Shown here: one piece after another, positions 12,501 to 27,498 of the stretch | Position numbering within the stretch: position 1 is the stretch's first letter | Layout: every line of letters begins with the position of its first letter | DNA from: Octopus sinensis | Lineage: Eukaryota | Assembly (NCBI RefSeq): GCF_006345805.1 | Contig: NC_043006.1 | Span: 79,980,001-80,044,000, forward strand | Direction of reading: 5' to 3' | DNA: 64,000 bases | Position numbers and translations under genes: made by a program | The notes under the pieces: generated by a model | The model's input: the letters and a program-made list of their open reading frames with translations, nothing else | What the model was told of the DNA's origin: nothing | Database searches by the model: none

Positions 12501-14470
12501 TCGTGGCGGGCTATACTGTTCATCTGATTCTTCATTTCCTTTGTGTCTTATATTTATGTCATTTTCCGTTGCGTGCTTGATCGCGCTTATTTCACTGTCT
12601 GTGAGTCTGTTATTTCTAAGGATATCCCTCATCACATTTGCTAATTTGTTCTTGTCCAAATAGGGCCTACTGTCTTGATTCCGTGTTCTCCATATACTGT
12701 AAGAGTTTGCGGTGTGTCTCTCTTGAGATGGCCTACCTAATGCATAGTAATAAGCGTATATTACTTCTTTATACTCTTCTCGGGTCCATTTGTTCCGCTT
12801 ACATTTTTCTTTCTGTGGTGGTTGTGGTGGTGAACTTGGAGGGCTCGAGTTGGGGGATTTCCCGTTCAAGTGACCATCCATGTCCGTATTCGTTGAAGAG
12901 TTTGTGCCAGTTGATGACTTTTCGATCCCAGGCTGGCTCTTCCCTGGGGGACGCGCTTCCAGATTAACCATAGGACAAGCGATTTGGTATACTGATTTAG
13001 TTTTCCTTTTAGTTTCTAGAAACATTTTGGTGCTACGATAATGTTATCATTTTTGAGCTTTGATTGGCTCGTGGGGAGACGGCCATCATTGCCGTTACTA
13101 TTATAATCGTACCATTATAGCAGCCGTAGTCGGCTTGTTATTGTTATTATCATCACCATTACCATCACTATCATCATTATCACCACCATTACCATCATCA
13201 TTATCATCATCACCATCACCATCACCACCATCATCTTCAATGATATTGTTTTATGTGTAGTCACAGCAGTATCTTATTATTGTTATTTTTGTTTTTTATC
13301 ATTATCACCATCACAGTAGTGTCTGTCTGTCTCGTTGGCTGGCTTGGTGGTTGGCTGGCTGACTGTCTTCAACACCAGAGTTCTTGCCTGTCAAATAATA
13401 CTTTCTTTGTGTTGGTTGAACTCTTTGAGTGTGTGTGCGTGTAGACAGATAGATAGATTATCAGCACTATTACTATCATTTTTATCATCATCATCATCAT
13501 CATCACTATCACCATCAGTGATTTTTTTTTTGTCCTATCGGTCAAAAAAAGTTCAGATGTTTACTACTATTAGGCTTAAGAAAAATTAAGGAAGGGCTGT
13601 TCTGTATTGTTTGTGAATAGAGAAGTTGTGTTCAACCAGAGAGAATCTTAGCATCATCATTTTTTTTTTCCATGTGCGTTTGTGTTATTGCAATAAAAAG
13701 TGTTTGTATATTTCGTGCTTATTTTGAAGGGCTGTTCTGTATTATTTGTGAATAGAGAAGCTGTGTTCGACCAGAGAGAATCTTAGCATCATTATTTTTT
13801 TCATGTGCGTTTGTGTTATTGCAATAAAAAGTGTTTGTATATTTCGTGCTTATTTTGAAGGGCTGTTCTGTATTATTTGTGAATAGAGAAGCTGTGTTCG
13901 ACCAGAGAGAATCTTAGCATCATTATTTTTTCCATGTGCGTTTGTATTATTGCAATAAAAAGTTTTTGTATATTTCGTGCAAGGTAATATTGTGGAGGTT
14001 GAAGTTGACCCCTCTAGAGATGTTTGTATGTGCAGTTAGAAGAACAGGTGTGTTTTTGCAATAAAGAGTATATGTTTACCTTTATATTTGAATATTCTGG
14101 GAGGAAGCAAAGAAAAGTAAGATTTTCATAGAAAGTTTTAGGGTTTTGCAAGTCCACAAAAAGAAAAGCGTGATGTTTCTAGAGAGAAGAAAAAAAAAGG
14201 ATGTTTACAGAGGCAATTGTGGGTATCAAAGGTTTTTAAAGCCGATCGGATGTATGTTTGAAAGCTGCAGATATGTAAATTTGTAAATTTCTTAACACAC
14301 TTTGAAGTGAATTTCAAATACTCACGAGGTATTGTAGATGTTCCAGTCTTTGAGAGTTATTTTTCCCCGTTGCTAAACTGGCCCATATTAGTGTTTCTAT
14401 GGCTTTCAGCCACCGAACTGTCAGAGCAGTGAGGAACACGTCCAGCCGCTGTCAAGGCAGGCGCTCTTCC
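9539..14470 (-). mobile_element. R4/Dong-clade retrotransposon, family X copy X2 (near full length)
   Basis: ORFs 12210-13025 and 9743-12292 (frameshift in an A-run); RT motifs; CRFC..H....C zinc knuckle; RHDRV; about 95-bp deletion in the RLE region; 5' end abuts (AAT)n. Confidence 0.92.
13591..13980. repeat. Three tandem 125-135-bp units in the X2 5' UTR
   Basis: GAAGGGCTGTTCTGTATT starts at 13591, 13726 and 13857; single copy in X1. Confidence 0.9.
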
Positions 14471-14547
<77 letters not shown>

Positions 14548-14571
14548 ATTATTATTATTATTATTATTATA

Positions 14572-14615
<44 letters not shown>

Positions 14616-14642
14616 CTTTATTATTATTATTATTATTATTAT
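14471..14642 (-). repeat. (AAT)n tract, paralogue 1 of the arm-end microsatellite
   Basis: TTA run on + strand; flank matches 39900-39960 and 63300-63360 inverted. Confidence 0.95.
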
Positions 14643-14659
14643 TGTTGATGTTGTTACTA

Positions 14660-15480
14660 TTTATTCCATTTCTAGCTAACTTGATATTTTTTCTATTTAG
14701 TCTAGCTCTTATGGTACCCATATTTGGAAGAGTAGAGTATGATATTCTTACTGATTTATTAGAAATTATTTTATAATATTTATGGGAAGTAGGGAAGTTT
14801 TTTCTGGTATAAATCGACTTAAATTTGCCTTATATGTTCGTAGAAATCGTACAGTTAAAGGGGATATTTACCATACAACATTTTTTCTTTTGAATTATTT
14901 TTATTTGAGTAATGGTGGAAAGATTAATGATATCTATATCCTTTAGAGATTCGTTATTCTCTTTAGTCTTATAGATATATGTTTATTAGGATTTTTCTCT
15001 GTGGGAGATATTTTTATATTATTATTTATATTTATTTTATCTAGCTTAAACTTTTTATACTTATTTATGATCTGTTTACCATTTCTAATTATTGTATCAG
15101 GTTTATATACTAGGTTAATCGTTTCAATTGATTTATATATTTTTAAAATTAGAAGATTTTATATTATTTCCGCTATTTTCATTCATTTATTCATTTGAAA
15201 GACTTATATTATCAAGATCTAGGAAGGTGATTTCCTTGTCGTATCCAGCTCCAGATAAAGCAACATTATAATGATTTGAGTGAGAATTAAAAATTTCATT
15301 GTTAGATGATAATGTTAGATGATAATGTTAGATGATAAAAAATGAATATACCATACTAGCTTTTATTTAACCTGCATAGATTACTAAGAAATTTTATTAT
15401 ATCTATAAATCTGAATATAATGAAATTAGAATTTCTTTTATCCTCTCCTATATAGGATGGAAACATATTCTATATATCTA
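14660..15480 (-). mobile_element. Decayed Penelope-like element fragment (end of RT plus linker)
   Basis: Paralogue of 62480-63350; MGTIRARLNRKNIKL frame. Confidence 0.6.
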
Positions 15481-15921
15481 GGGAAATTACTTGGTTCTTC
15501 TTGATAACCCCCCTTCCATTACTTTTTAATACATCTCATTGACTCCTGATATATTTATTAAACTGATAATGTTTTTCACCACAGTCAGTAAATATTATGT
15601 ATAACATATTCTTTGAATTCGACTCATTAATAAAACAAATCACCATTTACTAGCAAATCATGTTTATATATCAATAGAAATGAAGATATATAAATATGAA
15701 ATAATTGAAAAAATTCTATATATCTCGAGAAATTACTTGGTTCATCTCGATTGCCTCCCTTCCATAATTTTTAATATATCTTATTGACTCCTGATATATT
15801 TATTAAATTGATAAAGTTTTTCTCCACAGTTAGTAAATATTATGTATAACATTTTCTTTTAATTCAGCTCAATAATAAATCACCAATTACTAGATAATTA
15901 TGATAATATATTAATTGAAGT

Positions 15922-15980
<59 letters not shown>

Positions 15981-16725
15981 TGAAATGATTTCTATATTTT
16001 CTATCCCTATATAGGATACTAATATTTATTGAAATTCTTTAGAAAATTATCTAAAGAATATTTTCTTAAATTTCTGAATATGGAATCTTGTTGTTAAATG
16101 GTAAGGGACATTAAAACCTCTAGAGCACTAGTAGTCTATGTTCCCCTATCCCTCTAACTTCAACCTACTAGCTTTTTGCTATAATACATTCAAATGTATC
16201 TAAACTGAATTCCTCAAAATGGGAATAGGTTTATGGTTTTGACATTTGTACTACCCCTTCCTATATCTATAGATAGAAAAAGTTCTTTGTCTCCATCAAA
16301 CCAAAAATAAAATCCCCCTCCCCACTGACAGATCTAAATAACAAAGTGAACTCAATGATAAAATCTACAGTCAGAGAGTGAATATACTGCTATCATGTTC
16401 TTAAGAGTAAAATCAACCTCTCTGTCTATATATCTACCCTCTTTATAATGTTGGCAAATGAAATAGGGATAAAAATATGCATGGTCCGTTTTACTGGAAA
16501 ATTCTATAAGTGGCTGAAGACTGCTCGACATTTAAAAACTGATGTAATACTTACAATGTTTAATAAAATGAAGTAGCATGAAACAATTGTACTACTCTAC
16601 CCCGGATATACTTGTTGCTTATTTTGATTATAAACACCCCATTTGATTTTTAAGGATAATATCATATAAAATTCTGGTGCCTTTGACTTAAGTACCATAT
16701 TCATCTGAATCTAAATTTTGCCGAA

Positions 16726-16775
<50 letters not shown>

Positions 16776-16799
16776 TGTTTGTTTGTTTATTTTTCTTTC

Positions 16800-17010
16800 T
16801 TTAAATTATTTCAGTCATTTGCCTGCGGTCATGGTGGAAAACGCCTTTAGTCGAACAAATCGACCCCAAGACTTAGTCTTAGTAAGCCTAGCACTTATTC
16901 TATTGGTCTCTTTTGCCGAACCGTTAAGTTACGGGGACATAAACCCACCAACGTCTGTTGTCTAGCGATGATGGGGAGACAAACACAGACAAACAAACAC
17001 ACACACACAC
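16800..17010 (-). mobile_element. SINE S1, 3' half
   Basis: CAGTCATTTG.CTGCGGTCATG, TAAGTTACGGGGACATAAAC and the other S1 body motifs. Confidence 0.75.
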
Positions 17011-17208
17011 ATGTAAGAGATAATGGTATCATTGAGACCCAAATATATCAGGTAATGCTGAATAAATGCTATAGACAGACAGACTATAGTTATGTTCCAG
17101 ATTCGGTGATATTGCGAATAAAGTGTTCAACGTTGTGTCTATGTCAGCGTGTGTATATAAGAATGTTTTGAGTAATGTGATAACAAACAAATGCTGTATA
17201 GATATTAG

Positions 17209-17685
17209 AGCATTTATAGATAGAAGGTCTTACAGCTGTTTCTGGGTTATTAATTAATAATATCCCTTCATCGGAGACGGTGTGAGATGAAAGTTAAGTC
17301 AGAAATCTTTGACTCTGCAGAACTCTATATAAATTTCCTACTGGGAATGACCAAGTTTAAAAATCTGATGGATCTTAATCATAATGGAATCTTACATTGC
17401 TTATAAACTCTATATTTGGAAGGACTCATATTAAACCCTGTTAGACTTTTGGATTTTATTCAAAGGATACTAGAATATTGCATATATAACATTATGCCTA
17501 TAAAACGTATTTACGAATTCAATACCCATACATATCTTGCATCTATTTTCTTTCCTCCACCTCACTCTCTATTTTGTATCACATCTAAACTATGACTTAG
17601 CTTTCCTCTCACACCGTCTCCGAAGAAGGGATATTATTAATTAATATCCTAGAAACAGCTGTAAGACCTTCTCTCTATAAATGCT
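17209..17685. repeat. About 93-bp imperfect inverted repeats (17209-17301 and 17593-17685), each holding a hammerhead-like motif
   Basis: AGCATTTATAG..AGAAGGTCTTACAGCTGTTTC at left and its reverse complement at right; paralogue at 60363-60827. Confidence 0.85.
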
Positions 17686-18274
17686 GGAATTTGGCTGTTA
17701 TTTCTAGCATGTAAATAGCATGCTTGCGGGGGAGGATACTTATTTTTGTTTTTAAAGAATTGAAATTTTACAAAGAGTTTTATTTTTCAGATTCATAATC
17801 TCCTTATTTTTGTACGTATTTCGCCAAAAAAAAAAAAAATTTCCTGAAAAAGTGCAAAAAACGAAGTAATGGGGAGGGGGTGGAAATTCAAAGTTTGTAG
17901 TTGCGGAGTTTTGAAAAATTTTCTGTAGAATCGAAATCTCCATAGCCTAAAACGTGGGATTCCATAAAAAAAATGAAATTTAAGGGGAAAAGGGTTCCGT
18001 TTACATATCCTCCATCTGGACCGAAGCAATCAACATAACTGTGAATGTAGACACAACTCCAGCAACGGAGTTCTCCTTAACCAGGTTATCCAAAGAGATC
18101 CAGAAGAGACCCAAAGAGATCCAGAAGAATATCATGGCGATCACACGGAATCAGCCTCTGCTGCTACCTCAGTGCAAAACCTATCCTCGTCACTGTTATT
18201 AACCCATAAATTTCTATCGAGACCTCTAAAAAGGTCTGACCAGGCCACTACTCCAGTCTCAACATTCTTACCCA

Positions 18275-19430
18275 ATGTTCAAGGCATATGCACACCCTTC
18301 CATGCAATGCATTGAGGATTTGGTTACCGACCACACTCATCACGTTCCCTTCTTCTTCCTTACTGAAACCTACCTTAACAACTCCCACTTGGAAGCTGAA
18401 GTAAAAGTAAGGAATTTCACCACAATCCGAGGTAGAAAAATGGTAGGATTTGTCATATTCCTACAAGACTCATTTACTGCGGAAAGAAATGTCACATTTT
18501 CCAAGGGCTATTGTGAATCAGTATCATAATGATTTAGAAATAATTGGGCTCTACAGGTCAGCTCATGCACCGCTATTGTGCTTCAAGGACTGCCTCACGA
18601 ACATCAAGTCTTTCATTCAACAATGTCATCCTGATAATATTTTAATGATTGGCAACTTCAATTTCCCCTGTATTAACTGGTCTACTCATACCCTGAAAAC
18701 TGGTGCGTACAGTTTCACTTCAGACAAAGCCGCAGTGGAATCCCTATTTCAATTTATGGATGAATTTTTCCTATCCCAACTCGTGCTCGTACCAACGAGA
18801 TTCAACAAGAACATTCTGGATTTAGTGCCAAGCAAACACACAAACAATATCCACGATATTTCAGTGGAAAACTCTTCTTTCGACCACTCTATGGTTTTCT
18901 GTCACCTAAGATTCTGGCAGCCAATTGCGTATCCGAGTAATCTCAATCACTCACACCTCTTCAATCTCATGGATCTTCACAATGCTAAATGGTCTGCAAT
19001 CAACCACGAGCTCTCACTCATTGATTGGCCTTTCGCAGACAACTTTACTACAAGAAGCATTGATTCATCATGGCTGCTATTTATGGACATTTTCACAAAC
19101 ATATGATTACACTCACCTACTGTTCATGAACAAGACAAAATACGGACTAACACTTCCCAGAAAATCACTCATACGAAAGATAAAGAGAACGAATCAAAAA
19201 ATGAACCGGGTAAGATATTGCTAGTTGCAACACTTCCACATGGCGGATATAGGCTCACTAGAATCAAGGAAACACCATCTCCAAAACTGTTTGAGAAATG
19301 TTATTGACGATCAAAGAAAAGCAGAAGAGAAATGGACCATTGATTAAATAAATGCCAACCCGAAAGTGTTCTTCTCATTAGCTAAAAGGCATGATGTCGC
19401 AGTCTCATCTATTGGACATCTCGTTGATGA
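18275..19430 (+). mobile_element. CR1/L2-type LINE ORF2 fragment (AP endonuclease plus linker), degenerate
   Basis: FLTETYL, IIGLYRS, GNFNFPCINW, PTRFNKNILDLV, DHSMV, NPKVFFSLAK. Confidence 0.85.
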
Positions 19431-19433
19431 AAA

Positions 19434-19617
19434 ACACACACACACATACACACACACACACACACACAAACACACAAACACACACACACACACACAAACA
19501 CACAAACACACACACACACACACAAGCACGCACGCACGCACATATATATAGTTACTTCAAACATGAACAAAGAGAAAGCACAACGCGAGTACGTGGAACA
19601 AATATGGTGTTATTGGA

Positions 19618-19679
<62 letters not shown>

Positions 19680-19772
19680 TACATACATATATACACACGC
19701 ACACATATATATATACATATATATATATATATACATACATACATACATATATACACACGCACATATATAAAT

Positions 19773-19815
<43 letters not shown>

Positions 19816-19830
19816 AATGTGTGTGTCTGT
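19434..19830. repeat. Compound (CA)n/(TA)n microsatellites
   Basis: Direct inspection. Confidence 0.95.
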
Positions 19831-20207
19831 GTATATGTAAGACTTCCATTATACATATCCTGAAAACTCACAACTTTGCTTTGTTATCTCATTCTGTCTA
19901 ATATATATATGCATGCTAGTACAAGACACACCTCAGACTCCTCACTCGTATCATTATCGAACCAAGAGTTTAACTACGGTCCTTCCATAGCATTTACTTA
20001 GCGTTACCTGCTACCATTTGTGTCTTCTAGATACGAATACCTCTCATATATGTTTACCTATAATGGAGAAATTATACAAAATGTATAAAAAGATGAGTAA
20101 AGCACCGGTACAGTTTTGTTTATATGTTGTTAACCGTAGATTTATTGTAGGAACTTCGTAGTGGCGGTTAGGGTAACAGTATTAATAAAATAGATGGATT
20201 GAGTAAA

Positions 20208-20249
20208 ATACGACATTTGTTTCGACCCGTTATGGGTCTCCTCAGGTAC
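20208..20249 (-). ncRNA. Minimal type I hammerhead ribozyme motif, family H1
   Basis: gtac CTGAGGA gaccc-ataac-gggtc GAAA c-aaat-GTC gtat: full core, 5-bp stem II, short stem III, GUC site. Confidence 0.75.
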
Positions 20250-20480
20250 ATCGGTATAAAGTTTCAGTAGAGAGGTTCTGATTCGATTTTACGTACCGCT
20301 ATATGTCCATCAACTTCGCGAATGAGTAAAAGACAAGGAAAAATTAAAACACGAAAAAACTTCAAATATGAACATGGAACATTCTAGTTTAGAGAAAATG
20401 ACTTGATGAGTCTTCACTGTTCAGAGTGAATATACTGCTATCATGTTCTTAAGAATGAAATTTACCGCTTTACACAAACA

Positions 20481-20614
20481 CATACATACATACATACATA
20501 CATACATACATACATACATACATACATACATACATACATACATACATACATGCATGCATACATACATACATACATACATACATACATACATACATACATA
20601 CATACATACATACA

Positions 20615-20650
<36 letters not shown>
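20481..20650. repeat. (CATA)n/(TA)n microsatellite
   Basis: Direct inspection. Confidence 0.95.
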
Positions 20651-20653
<3 letters not shown>

Positions 20654-21176
20654 TGTCTTATATTCCTCTCCAACACTACAAACTCAATACCACTATAAAA
20701 TGGTCAGAACTCCTCACACAGGAACTTAGTTTGATTTGAAAACCCCACTAGAATGGGAGAAAGCGCGTATACATGATCTAAGTTATATGATATATAAGAA
20801 ATGTAATATACAAACAAATATCTGTTAATACTAACCATCCGATTTTCTGAGTACCTCATTTCTTCTGATATATATATATATATATGTAACAACAATGTTA
20901 CAACAACAAAACAACGAAAACTTCGGCCACTCCTCGATACAATTAAGGAAATATGAAACTCCACAGTCAAGAGCCCATCTCTGTGTAGCTATTTCATTCT
21001 CTCGAAATAGCACAATGACTCTTCATCCCCATCATCATCATTGTCATTACGTTCTACTGCTCTTACTCTTACCACAACTAAACAATTGCAACGACAACAT
21101 GATCGCCATTGGCAGTCACTTTTCAATTGTAGAACAATTGATGGCCTATTATACAACACAGTCTCTAGATTTTCCA

Positions 21177-21369
21177 CGACGACGACGACGACAACGACGT
21201 CGACGACGACAACGACGTCGACGACGACAACGACGTCGACGACGACAACGACGTCGACGACGACAACGACGTCGACGACGACAACGACGTCGACGACGAC
21301 AACGACGACGACGACGACAACGACGACGACGACGACAACGACGACGACGACGACAACGACGACGACGAC
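21177..21369. repeat. CpG-rich 18-bp minisatellite CGACGACGACAACGACG(T/A)
   Basis: Six T-ending units followed by about four A-ending units. Confidence 0.95.
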
Positions 21370-21450
21370 CACGGAGCACCAGCACCAGCACCACCAGCAC
21401 CGCCACCACCACTAAATGCTAAATGACGCTTAATAACTACTACATATATT

Positions 21451-21676
21451 TTCTTTACTACCCACAAGAGGCTAAACACAGAGGGAACAAACAAGGACAG
21501 ACAAACGGATTAAGTCGATTACATCAACACCAGTGTGTAACTGGTACTTAATTTATCGACCCCGAAAGGATGAAAGGCAAAGTCGACCTCGGCGGAATTT
21601 GAACCCAGAACGTAACGGCAGACGAAATACGGCTACGCATTTCGCCCGGCGTGCTAACGTCTCTGCCAGCTCGCCG
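21451..21676 (-). mobile_element. tRNA-derived SINE family S2
   Basis: Head GGCGAGCTGGCAGAGACGTTAGC (A-box-like) and GGGTTCAAATTCC (B-box); decayed relatives near 8190 and 43345. Confidence 0.75.
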
Positions 21677-23313
21677 CACATATGTAACCCGGAATCTATT
21701 GTTTTCGCAACACGAAAGATTATTTCTGATATATGACTGTCCCTTCACCAATCCTTTAGGGACTCGATGCTCTAGTAAAAGCATGACTTCAAACCACAAC
21801 CAAATCTACAGAAAACGCAACTGACCCCAGACATATTGGATGCGGAAATACATATGTCAGGTTTTGTACTATTCAGAACTTATCACAGAATATGGAACTA
21901 AGGAGAAATAGCAATTTTTACCCAAGAAGACCTGGCAACAAATGTCCTCCTTCCCCACCCCAACATAATGCGCGATACACTAATAATGCACGTGATTGGC
22001 CCCAATTTGATCTTAGGTATTACTTACTGTCTTCCTGATGTAGATAGCCATGGAGATCACTTCAAAATTTTTTGTCGCTCATAAGCCAAAGCTCTTTGAG
22101 GACAACTGATTAGTTTTCCTAATCTCAGCTAGCCTGAGGGTTATATCCAACCTGAAATTATGCAAGGGAAGAGGAGAGATATGAATGCTTTTTTCGATAC
22201 TATTAAAAGACTTTCTCATACCACAGATCCTTATTAGTCCAACCAGAAGTAAAATACTCGACCCAGTCATTACCATTAATACAGACTTCACTCACAATGT
22301 TTAGATCATTCCGATAGTTATTTCCGACCACATTATACAATTATCTGTATATGGTACAAAGAGGGTAACACACAAAAATAACATCCAGCCTGACTCACTC
22401 CTCATGAACTTGAATTTCAGGAAGGTCAAGTGGAATGAAATCGAAACTGAAATCTTGGAAACAAATCGGCAATCTCAATGTTAACGAGGGAATGAAGTTT
22501 CTGTACGAGGAATTAATCAGGATCTGTTGAAAGCATGACTCATATAATCACGCCTATTCCCACGAGCCCTTGATCCTGTGAGATAGACGGATATCAGTGT
22601 GTAACAGAACCAAACCAAGAAAACAACTAAAAACCAAACTATCTCAGCAGATGAGATTGAGTAAAACAAAAAACAAAAACAACAAACAAACAAACAAACA
22701 AACAAACAAACAAACAAACTGGACTGAAACTATGTCATGAAAAAGAAACTTCGCTAAGAGAACATCGAGCAGTGTAAATTATAAAATATATTTTTAAGTT
22801 CTATAATATTTCTCCTTTGCTAAACAAAAATCAGCTACGCGTAACCAGATTGGTTATCTAATGAATCAAACTGGATCATATACTAATGATTCATCAAACA
22901 TATGCACATTCTTCAGTCGACATTATGACAGAGCTTCTTCCCAACAAAATAACATTTGGGTCAAATGAATTCTTTGGTTCCCAGAACTCAACTTACAGCA
23001 AACTCAGCATCTGGACCAGACGGCCTCCCAGCTATGTTACTAAAAACGTGCAAAGACAGCCTCGTGAAACCATTAAACATGCTATTTCAAAAGTCGCTAG
23101 TTACCGGCGAATTCACAGAACTATTAAAAGATGTAGTAGTAATACCTACACACAATACACAAAGGAAGGTAGCGAGTCTGAAGCTAAAAACTACAAACCT
23201 GTTTCACTCCAATCTCACACATATAAAATTCAAACGCATTGTCTGAAATAGAATCAGTACATGCCTTGTTGAAAACAACTTCGTAGATGGTTTTTGGGCT
23301 AGACGAAGTTACC

Positions 23314-24637
<1,324 letters not shown>

Positions 24638-25029
24638 GGCCACCATTGTTACAGGGTGCGGGAGGGGTGAAAATGTTTTCATTTCAAGGGAGCAACTTTA
24701 TTCCTTGGGGTCAGACATGCCGTTTAACTTCCGTTTAAAGCAGTTCCTGGTGAGACCATGCTTCGCCATGTCCACCAACAGATCCCAAAGCCAAACACTA
24801 TCAGTGGCAGGCATCCATTTGGGGTTTTCCATTGAATCAGGATAAAAATTGATAAACCGATTCCTTATTGGATTTCCCACTAAAATTGGCTACTCCCCAT
24901 TTTCAACAATAACTTTTACCACTTTTGACATATTTTGCTCAAACTTGATGTCAGCACTACTTAGGACACATAGGATCTTAGAATGCTTTAAGTTCTAAAA
25001 AAGAAAGAAAAAAGCGATAAGATACTGAC

Positions 25030-26080
25030 AAATTTATCCTTCTACTTCGTTGCGCCTCTCTTCTTTTATTTTCTTTCAGCCGTGTTATTGTACTTTGCTT
25101 TCTACGTTAACACAACTAAAACATACTAACCTTCATTGTCTCCCTCTTTGATATCTTTGTCCTTCTGTCTCTCTCTTTTCTCCTCTCTTTCTCTCTCTTT
25201 TTTCATTCTTTCTTTATAACATACTGCATGGCTTCACTAAAAATCTAGCTGAAGCTGTAGGTGGAAGTTCTTGTAACGTAAATTCTCATTACGGCTCAGC
25301 GATAGCTGTAACAGCAATTTTGACTTCCAGGTTAATTAACTAATCAATTCTGATGACTTTGAAACTTCTCGTTCGTTGGCCCTCTCTTGGTGATATCTCT
25401 GCCATTATCACTCACCCTCTCAGTCTGTCTGTGTCTTTCCCTCTCTGTTTTAATAAATTTTTTTTACCTCCCATTTTAACTTAAAATCTATTAATAAGTG
25501 CAGTATAATTTTCAATTCTAATAAACTATTGTATTTTCCGAAAGGATATCAATGTTTTTCGGAATGGTTTCCTAAATATAGTCAATTTCTTTCTCTGCCT
25601 ATCTCTATCTACTAAAAAAATCCATCCCCCTCCTTCGTTGCGCCTCTCTCCTTTTATTTTTCTCTCAGTCGTACGTCTTTGTATTCTACCATAACCCATC
25701 TAAAACATACTAACCTTTGTTGCCTTCCTCTTTGATATCTTTGTCCTTCTGCCACTCTCTCTTTTCCGCTCTCACTCTTTTTATTCTCTCTTCTTATTCA
25801 CCTACTGCCTTTCCTGGTTTCACTAAAAATCTAGCTGGAACTGTAGGCGAAAGTTTTTGTAACATCTAAATTTGTGTGCCGACCCTAGATAGCAGTAACA
25901 GCAATATTAACTTCCAAGTTAATTGACAAATCTATTTTTCCGACGACTTTCAAACTTCTCACTTGTTGGCCCTCTCTTGGTGATATCTTTACCATTGTCA
26001 CTCACCCTCTCCGTTTCTCTGTCTCTTTCTCTCTTTGTCTTAATGAAATTCTGTCCTGTTTTAACCTAAAATCTCGTAAA
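25030..26080. repeat. Diverged tandem duplication of about 590 bp upstream of B, homologous (inverted) to modules upstream of C and D
   Basis: TTCGTTGCGCCTCTC at 25046 and 25634; GTTGGCCCTCTCTTGGTGATATC at 25375 and 25965. Confidence 0.75.
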
Positions 26081-27498
26081 AAAGTGGAGAGTACGTGGAT
26101 GTCTGTGAAGTGAGGTAATCAACGATACTGTGGCACTCACCGTTCTATTGTAGAGTCATATATCTGTGAATTTATGTGGTGTAGGAGATACCAAACCTGA
26201 TTATATTTTCCGTAAGGATGTCACTGTTTTTCGGAACGTTTTTCTCTGTATTTTTAGCTTCTTCCTCGTGACTCCTGTCTCATTGATAATCTTACTGTTT
26301 CCTCTCCTTTTAATTCTCTGTCTTTTTTTCCTGAACGCAGCTTTCATCCCTATAGAAGTTGCTCCTCTATTGGTAATAACTCTGTCGTTCACACCTTCCC
26401 TCCTTTAGTGGTAATGTTACTGCATTCTTCCCTTTTCTTTCTTTTTTATCGTTGTTCTTTATTTTCTTACTCAACACTGCTGCCACATAACGACCACCTT
26501 CGTTCTTCCCTTTCGTTGCTATACTGTTGGCGAAGTCTCTGTAATTTCTCTTCCTCTCGTCCTTTCTGGTGTAAGTAGAACTATAGCTTCTGCCCTTGGT
26601 AAAAATCGTTGCTACTTCATAATTCCCAATCATTGTTTGTCTATCGGTAACGGCATGGAAATTAAGAAATCTATCCTTAAAAAGGATTACATTGTTTTCC
26701 ATTTTTTTCTCCTTCTCTTACCGCCGAATTATTTTGTTCTTTGTTTAGCACTCAAAACATCAGCGATATATAGTGGACACATCTGCAATCTCCGCACCTC
26801 TCCTTCGCTAACACTCTGTTGGGAATATTTCCGTCTTGTTCTCTCTCCTTTAATGACATTCTTCCCATCCTAGTTTCACTGAAAATCTAGTTACAGCTGC
26901 AGGGCGAAATCCTTCCAGAATATAAATTCTAATTAACACTTTGGATATCAAGAACAGGAACATGAGCTTCCATGCCAGTGAATCAATGTATTCTCCGTTA
27001 GGATATCGTTGTATTCCGAAGCACTTGCTCGGCATTGTATATATATCTTCCTTGTGATCTCTCTCTTAGTAATAATGTTACTGCATTCAACCTTTTGTTT
27101 CTCTTTCTGTCACAGCCTGCTTTCTCTGCTTTCTTCCAAAAAGCACGTTGCGACCTGTTTACAATAATAGTATGTGTAATGAAATATTTGTTCTTTTGTT
27201 GGTGCCTCAACTATCTTCGCATCTATGTATTTTCATACATGCATATATGTGAACCAAGTAGCCGAGTCGTGAACATTCAACATTTAATAAGCAATAAAAT
27301 CAAAGAATCTAAATCTTCCGACACCAATTTCACTGCTCCGTTTCGGAATGAAAATATTGTGAAGGTATTGATCATTACATCTCTTGGAGACATTGCTAAA
27401 TTTCGAAAGTACATAGTAATACCTTTAAATTTACGGCAGTGAAGTAAATTATCAAAGTATCACCGGGACTTGGAAGGTCAATTCATGCATTATTCATT

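Larger units (their letters stand above)
14640..20420. repeat. About 5.8-kb segment, inverted duplicate of about 34890-39960 and about 58720-63360
   Basis: Colinear reverse-complement matches throughout (PLE fragment, SINE, inverted repeat, CR1 fragment, hammerhead). Confidence 0.9.

Noticed and set aside
16510-16540. CTGAAGA..GACA as a hammerhead
   Set aside because: No GAAA and no stem II.
19344-21494. Many ORFs of poly-YI, HT, CV, R, T, V and S (also near 33800-35800, 53000-54500 and 57700-59300)
   Set aside because: Translations of microsatellites and the 18-bp minisatellite; no coding evidence.
24698-24970. Short minus-strand ORF beside the Helitron fragment
   Set aside because: No recognisable motif; interrupted by a stop.
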